Source: an uncultured Phycisphaeraceae bacterium (lineage in GTDB: Bacteria > Planctomycetota > Phycisphaerae > UBA1845). From it: a stretch of 64,000 bases of DNA. The stretch is from the NCBI GenBank assembly GCA_964405925.1, contig CAYOQG010000002.1, forward strand, positions 2,132 through 66,131, in the 5' to 3' direction. The notes under the pieces were generated by a model. The model had not been told where the DNA came from, made no database searches, and saw nothing but the letters and a program-made list of their open reading frames with translations. A program made the translations under genes and the position numbers. Position 1 is the stretch's first letter, and each line of letters starts with the position of its first letter. Of this stretch, positions 59,184-64,000 are shown one piece after another.

Positions 59184-59433
59184 CGGATTCTCCTTCTAAA
59201 GAGTACGGTTCTAGAACCTTCAATAGACCTTCTGTCGCACCACCGGTCTCTCTCGACCACCTCGTGTGTACAGAGCACGCAGGCCGACGAGAGATATCGA
59301 GGTGTCGTCTACACGATTCGATTGAGAAGGAACGACAGAACCAGCGCACCTTGCGGGATGAAGTGAGACGCGCGGGCCGCGAGTCGAGGGGGCGAGCATG
59401 CTGCGGTGGGGAACCCTCGAATCGAGACGCTGG

Positions 59434-59670
59434 TTAGACTTCGTCCTGGGCCCGTTGATGGATCCAGGTGTTGGCCATGTCGGCCACCTTGGCGACGAGT
59501 GGCAGGTCATCACGACCGAACGAGTCGCTCTGCTTCCATTCGTCGCCGTCCTTGTACAAACGGCGGATCTGCACGTTGTGTCGAAAGCCGCCATTCTCCG
59601 TTTCGTTACCCCAGATAACTGCCTTGATCCGGCCGAAGCGGATCTCGTGTACAGGTTTCTCGTTACTCAT
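59434..59670 (-). CDS. Small conserved element protein, paralogue of 38302..38580 (possible PC4/YdbC-like)
   Basis: An RBS (aggagtgaaggcg) precedes ATG 59670. The sequence reads MSNEKPVHEIRFGRIKAVIWGNETENGGFRHNVQIRRLYKDGDEWKQSDSFGRDDLPLVAKVADMANTWIHQ. Confidence 0.65.
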   Translation of the reverse strand: MSNEKPVHEIRFGRIKAVIWGNETENGGFRHNVQIRRLYKDGDEWKQSDSFGRDDLPLVAKVADMANTWIHQRAQDEV

Positions 59671-60600
59671 CGCCTTCACTCCTACTTGCTCGACGGCAAC
59701 GGCACATGCGTGCCCATCGGCGTCGTTGCTGTTCACGTTCCGGTTATCTACGCGCAAGCGCGCACAACTCCGTTCCTTCCAAACAACCCTTGCAGCATGG
59801 CGCCCCCTCAGGCGGCGTGGACAGATCACTGCACAAGCCGTGGGAAGAGGCGGTCTCCTCGATGATCGAATTCAGGGGTCCGCCGAAGCCGGCGGGGATG
59901 GGAAAGAACAACTTGAGCATGGAGAGTAGCATTTTCGCAGTGGATCGGTCAAGTTCCCCTACGAGATTATGCCACACTGATGGCATCCAAGGATTAGCGC
60001 GCCGACGTGGTTGAACCGCCTACAGCTTTCCGCTTTGCTTCCGGCGACGGACGAGCTGGCGCAGTCTGCCGGTGCCGGCTCCACGGATTCGCCTGCTCCT
60101 GCTCACGAATTCGTTGAATCTGTTTCGCTGATCTGATGCATTGATGCGTCACCGCCGCGTCGACGCCCTGTCCGTAATGACGCGTCCGAATGGCGTCCCG
60201 GGCGGCAGGCGTGGGAAGCGGGGCGTGGCGCCCAGGCATGCCCGCGTTGAGCAAAGGTGCGGATACGTGGTGGCGAGAATCGTTACAGTGAGAGTGAACC
60301 CGGCTCTCTCGCGGGCGCCTGATGGGTGTCCAAGCCCAAGCGGGGGGAGCCGTTTCTGTTTGCTTAACGGGGCAAACCCCCTGGACCGACGTCTCCCCGG
60401 TATGACGAGGGGCGTGCGGGGGTCTCGACCTGGGCACGGGCGGGCTACGTGACCGTCGGAGGGTCCGACGGGGCGTCGCCTATCTCCCGCTGAATCGCCG
60501 TGTCCAAACACACGGGGACGCGGTGCGCGGTATAATATGGTTGACGGACCCCGTGGTCCTCGCTGCTCTTTGTCAACCGAATAGCGACCGACTCGAAAAG

Positions 60601-60667
60601 GCAACAACCCCGTCAGGGGTTTGCGATGGGCCTCTAGCCGGTGGGGCCTGGATAAATCGAATCGGCA
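60601..60667 (+). repeat. ~66-nt intergenic repeat, copy 1
   Basis: gcaacaaCCCCgtcaGGGGtttgcgatgggcctctagccggtggggcctggataaatcgaatcggca differs from copy 2 at ~8 positions. It starts with a short GC hairpin. Confidence 0.75.
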
Positions 60668-60809
60668 AGTCGGGCGAACCGACGACCTGCCGTCTAGTTC
60701 CCTCATCCACTTCGCCTCGTTGACGTCCTGCATCGCAGGGCGTGAGCGGTGTGGTGTGGAGCCCTCGCACGGGCTGCTTGGTTAAACCTATAAAGCGTGA
60801 GGAAACGTC

Positions 60810-61061
60810 ATGGACCATGATGTAGCTTACAAGGATGAAAAAAACGCATGCTGGTGGTGTCGGAGAGTCTACGATGCCAAAGGCGTGAAGCTAATATGCG
60901 GTGACTGCGTGATGGAGTTCGGTCGAGCTGAAGAGGAAGCGGACCGACTTTGGAGTCGAGTCTGCGATCACCTTGATCGCTCGAACGGAATCCGACCGAG
61001 CGTGGTCCTGTTGATGGCGGTTGCGTGGTTGGCAGTCACGCTCATGGAGTCGCTGTTGTGA
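60810..61061 (+). CDS. Hypothetical small protein with a Cys4 (zinc-ribbon-like) motif and a C-terminal TM
   Basis: An RBS (gtgaggaaacgtc) precedes ATG 60810. The Cys motif is CWWC...CGDC and the tail is VVLLMAVAWLAVTLM. Confidence 0.45.
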   Translation: MDHDVAYKDEKNACWWCRRVYDAKGVKLICGDCVMEFGRAEEEADRLWSRVCDHLDRSNGIRPSVVLLMAVAWLAVTLMESLL

Positions 61062-61337
61062 GCGGCGGCTCTACGGGTCCGGTTTCGCCGACCCCGCCCC
61101 CACCCTCGTGGGGGCATCTTTGCGCACAATCCTGTTGCGGGTTTCTGACGCTCCTTTCGCCGGTGAGGCATGAACAAACCGAAGCGGCGATTCCCAATAC
61201 ACGGGGCGAACATCCGCCTCCCGCACCTACAGCGCTGCCGTGGTCGAAGGCGACCGCGGTTGCGGTGGTGGTGTCGAGCCCACGTACGGGCTGGTTTTTG
61301 CGGTTTTTTGCGAACCAAAAAACTGGAGGAATCCACC

Positions 61338-61661
61338 ATGATTAAATGGATGTTGAGATGCCTATGGCTGATTATTTGGGGAAAACCGAACCCGCGCCTA
61401 GCGACGGACATACCGCTGACGCACATCGGCAGCGAGAATTGCAAGCCGATTCGCAGCGGCAGGATGGTCGTTCAGGTCTTCATGAACCGCCGGGCGAACG
61501 GCTCGGTGGAACCCAAGTTTCGGCTCAAACGTGCAGCGGGAAAGGACGGTAAGACGTTGGTCGATAACTTCTACCTGAAGGACCTCGACGATGCCGGGCG
61601 TGGTCTGATTCGGGCCAAGGCCTGGGCTCTGGATTACCTGGAGCTCGAGGATCCGTCCTGA
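61338..61661 (+). CDS. Hypothetical protein (107 aa)
   Basis: An RBS (ctggaggaatccacc) precedes ATG 61338, so the tracked ORF 61170..61661 probably starts too early. No family is recognised. Confidence 0.55.
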   Translation: MIKWMLRCLWLIIWGKPNPRLATDIPLTHIGSENCKPIRSGRMVVQVFMNRRANGSVEPKFRLKRAAGKDGKTLVDNFYLKDLDDAGRGLIRAKAWALDYLELEDPS

Positions 61662-61662
61662 G

Positions 61663-61730
61663 AGCAACGACCCCGCAAGGGGTTTGCTATGGGCCTCTAG
61701 CCGGCGGGGCCTTGAATAAATCGAACCGGC
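61663..61730 (+). repeat. ~66-nt intergenic repeat, copy 2
   Basis: gcaacgaCCCCgcaaGGGGtttgctatgggcctctagccggcggggccttgaataaatcgaaccggca begins 2 nt after the stop of the 61338 gene. Confidence 0.75.
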
Positions 61731-61801
61731 ACCAAAAACCTGGTGGCCGGTTCAGGCCGGCCCCCAGCCCTGTGTCAGCCATTATGATGGAGCGTTGTCC
61801 C

Positions 61802-61891
61802 ATGAAAACGAAAGATGATATCCTCATCTTCCTCTTCTGGTTCACGGTTCTTCTTGTGGTTGCTATCCGCCATTCTTGCCAGTGCGGGTAA
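61802..61891 (+). CDS. Candidate 29-aa hydrophobic peptide
   Basis: A GGAG lies 9 nt upstream of ATG 61802. The peptide is MKTKDDILIFLFWFTVLLVVAIRHSCQCG*. The coding stretch is unusually AT-rich and a strong intrinsic terminator follows. It is too short for the ORF track. Confidence 0.4.
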   Translation: MKTKDDILIFLFWFTVLLVVAIRHSCQCG

Positions 61892-61909
61892 GGGTTTTTT
61901 CCAGGTTTT

Positions 61910-61939
61910 CCCCGGCGCGTTCTGCTCCGGGGTTTTTTT
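61910..61939 (+). terminator. Rho-independent terminator
   Basis: CCCCGG-cgcgttctgct-CCGGGG is followed by seven T residues (TTTTTTT). Confidence 0.6.
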
Positions 61940-61971
61940 ATAGCTTGAACTTTACGACTGCGCAAGATCGG

Positions 61972-63174
61972 CTACGGGTTGAGCTTGCCGTCCTTCAGCC
62001 ATATCGGGGCAAGTTCCTTAAACAACTGCCAATCTGCTCGGAGACGGTCCCACGCCTCCTTGTCATCGCCGGGTGTCTCGGGCCACGGCGGCCGGTCGTT
62101 GGCGTTGCCCATCATGCCCCCGAGGGTCACGCCGCGGGCGACCTGGACGAAACTCTCAAAATCGTTGACTGCGTTGTAGCGATGCAACCTTCGGACTGAT
62201 ATGGGGCCGGGCTCTGAATCTCGAGGGGCCATGCCTTTGCTGCCGCGCGCACCCGTCTCCCACCAGCCGTCGGCAAGAAACGGGGCAAACTTCTTTTGGA
62301 TGCCCTCGTCGCTGGCGAGTGTGCGCAGTCTCTCCTGCTTGGCGGCCGCCGCTTTGCGGATCGACTCGGCCTCGATCTCTTTGCGCTGGCTCTCAAGCTG
62401 AATTTCAAGCTGCGCCTTCTGGGCCTCTCGAATCTCAGCGTCCTTCCTGCGCTGAATTCCCAGAAGCTCTTCCGTCGTTTCTCGTTCGGCCTCTTCGCGT
62501 GCGGCGCTTAGCCTGCGAATGCGCTCGGCCATAAAATCCTCGTTGGCCCGGTCCATCGCCTCTTGGAGAGTGATCGCCGCAGGTTCCGCGGAGCGTTTGG
62601 CGCTGGCCAGCATGCCTTCGATCGTCTTACGGCCTCGCTGGTAGGGCGCAATGGCGTCAGCAATCTCACTCTTGAGGACGTCAAGCTCGGTATACACCTG
62701 GTCATCAGGCTTGAAGATGGAATCGCGGTTCTTCAACGCCTCGTTCGCATGTTGCAGGATCGGCATCAGGCGTGCGCGAAAGGCTGGTGCGGCGGCGGCC
62801 GCAACACGCTCGGTGTTGTACTCGCGCGCAAAGGCGTTCACGTAGTCGCGATTTGCCGCCAGAAACCTGCCATTCTCGTCGGTCAGGAGCGGTTCGATGC
62901 GCTCTTGCCACGCAGCCAGTTCGGCGTCGAACTGATCGATCGACCGCAGGCACTGGTCGGCCCGCTGCTTGACGGAGCGTCGGCCCGTTTCCGCAAGCAT
63001 CCATTGTTCCTTCTGAGAATCGAGAAATGTGGCCTGTTCCTCAGGAGTCCGATCGACTGCCGCCGTGCCCCCTCCGGACGGAATCACAGCCCGTACAACC
63101 AGGGCGACGGCTATGACGCCGGCCAGACCGATGAGGCCGTACTTGATGATCATCTGTTTGTGTTCCACGTTCAT
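61972..63174 (-). CDS. Membrane-anchored coiled-coil protein (transfer-region hypothetical)
   Basis: The N-terminal TM is IIKYGLIGLAGVIAVALVV, followed by long E/R/A/K coiled-coil segments. There is a 4-nt overlap with the upstream T4CP gene. Confidence 0.65.
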   Translation of the reverse strand: MNVEHKQMIIKYGLIGLAGVIAVALVVRAVIPSGGGTAAVDRTPEEQATFLDSQKEQWMLAETGRRSVKQRADQCLRSIDQFDAELAAWQERIEPLLTDENGRFLAANRDYVNAFAREYNTERVAAAAAPAFRARLMPILQHANEALKNRDSIFKPDDQVYTELDVLKSEIADAIAPYQRGRKTIEGMLASAKRSAEPAAITLQEAMDRANEDFMAERIRRLSAAREEAERETTEELLGIQRRKDAEIREAQKAQLEIQLESQRKEIEAESIRKAAAAKQERLRTLASDEGIQKKFAPFLADGWWETGARGSKGMAPRDSEPGPISVRRLHRYNAVNDFESFVQVARGVTLGGMMGNANDRPPWPETPGDDKEAWDRLRADWQLFKELAPIWLKDGKLNP

Positions 63175-64000
63175 GATTCGGGTCCTTCAAGTTGGTCAAT
63201 TCGGCTTTCGAGTTTGTCCAAAAGAGCTGTTCGGGCGCGCTCCTGTTCGATCGGGCCCTCGCTCGGCGGTTCGCCTGGGACGGGACTCGTCGACTGGAGC
63301 GGCGTATGAGTAGGCTCGGCGATCGTGGGGGTGATGGTGCCCTCGGCTTGTTCTGGCCATTGGGCGGATTCTCGGGCACGGTAGTCGCGAAGCGGTATGT
63401 GGTACTCACAGCGCATGGGGAAAGTATACCCGCCGAACTGTGTGTAGCCTCGGCTGCGAGTGATGTGCACGAGGCTATGCATCTCGGCGTCGCCGGCTTC
63501 GATGATGTCGTTGCGGCGAAGGACCGGGCCGATCTGCTCTTTGATGTGGATGGGCGTAGTGCTGGCGTCGCCGAAGCCGGGCGGGCGCGGCCCCATGTGG
63601 CCGGCCTCGAAGTCGTCCAGATCGACCCGCCAATCAGCCATGTGATAGAGCGCCTCTCCTGAAGCGTCCATGACCGCTTTCTGCTGAGCCAGGTCGCTGG
63701 CGGAGAAGACCTGCTTGAAGCGGGTGTTGCCCTGCACGACGGGGATCAGGTTACCCGCCGGCGGCTTGTCGAGCTGCGAGAGGTTCTGATGGGAGAGGAT
63801 GCAGTTGAGATGATTGTGGCGGGCCTGTTCCAGAATGATGGCGAGGTTCTCGGTGACGATCTGTTGGAACTCGTCGATGACCACGTACACCGTGAAATCT
63901 GCGAACCCGCGTCTAACGGAAGCCGCGAGCAGCGAGAACAACGCCAGTTTGGCGATTTCGGCAACGCTCCTCTCCTCTATCGACGAGGCCAGGGAGAAGT
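63171..64000 (-). CDS. Type IV coupling protein (TraD/TraG/VirD4-like), C-terminal part; the gene continues beyond the window
   Basis: Contains a Walker B-like motif (TVYVVIDEFQQ) and the ILSHQNLSQL motif typical of T4CPs. The frame stays open from 63941 to base 64000 (...LASSIEERSVAEIAKLALFSLLAAS) in my hand translation. Confidence 0.75.
   Translation of the reverse strand, partial: FSLASSIEERSVAEIAKLALFSLLAASVRRGFADFTVYVVIDEFQQIVTENLAIILEQARHNHLNCILSHQNLSQLDKPPAGNLIPVVQGNTRFKQVFSASDLAQQKAVMDASGEALYHMADWRVDLDDFEAGHMGPRPPGFGDASTTPIHIKEQIGPVLRRNDIIEAGDAEMHSLVHITRSRGYTQFGGYTFPMRCEYHIPLRDYRARESAQWPEQAEGTITPTIAEPTHTPLQSTSPVPGEPPSEGPIEQERARTALLDKLESRIDQLEGPES

Larger units (their letters stand above)
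36104..64000. mobile_element. Integrative (probably conjugative/mobilisable) element inserted at the 3' end of ssrA. The right end is beyond the window.
   Basis: xis-int lies directly after tmRNA. The element also carries an ImmR/ImmA-like pair, DUF932-like genes, TA modules, a second integrase, group II introns and a T4 coupling protein at the window edge. No attR repeat of the tmRNA 3' end was found by eye inside the window. Confidence 0.6.

Overview
The window is a GC-rich bacterial chromosome segment. The gene content (HEAT-repeat and dockerin-like proteins, a MoxR/DUF58/BatA-VWA operon, a giant Cys-rich secreted protease) is reminiscent of Planctomycetota/PVC, but the taxon is only a guess.

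Bases 1-35.7 kb are mostly housekeeping:
- An edge-truncated membrane-protein gene, then phoH, cdsA and a HEAT-repeat protein.
- tRNA-Lys(CUU), followed by a decayed islet: eroded integrase, SAM methyltransferase, CMD-family protein, MNT plus a truncated HEPN, and a HipA-like kinase plus DUF3037 pair.
- A REP/RAYT locus wedged between a diverged 5' fragment of glnS and the intact glnS.
- A PIG-L deacetylase, a GNAT, a LOG-family protein, the aerotolerance-type operon at 17.2-30.9 kb, and a 1266-aa trypsin-like protease.

The tmRNA gene (35751..36103) is followed directly by xis-int. This starts an integrative, probably conjugative, element that fills the rest of the window and runs off the right edge. 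It carries:
- An ImmR/ImmA-like switch, two membrane proteins and an RHH protein.
- A HigB/HigA-like toxin-antitoxin pair, a second integrase and a secreted hydrolase cargo gene.
- DUF932-like and small PC4-like genes, each present in two versions.
- A coupling-protein (T4CP) gene cut by the window end.

The most unusual content is a cluster of group II introns:
- One sits in phase inside the DUF932-like gene.
- A paralogous one is inserted into domain V of a decayed intron stump.
- A third lies 165 nt further on.

No CRISPR array or rRNA was seen. The ORF track reports GTG/TTG starts as M. Many long antisense 'shadow' ORFs are artefacts of high GC. All family names come from motif recognition by eye, because no searches could be run.
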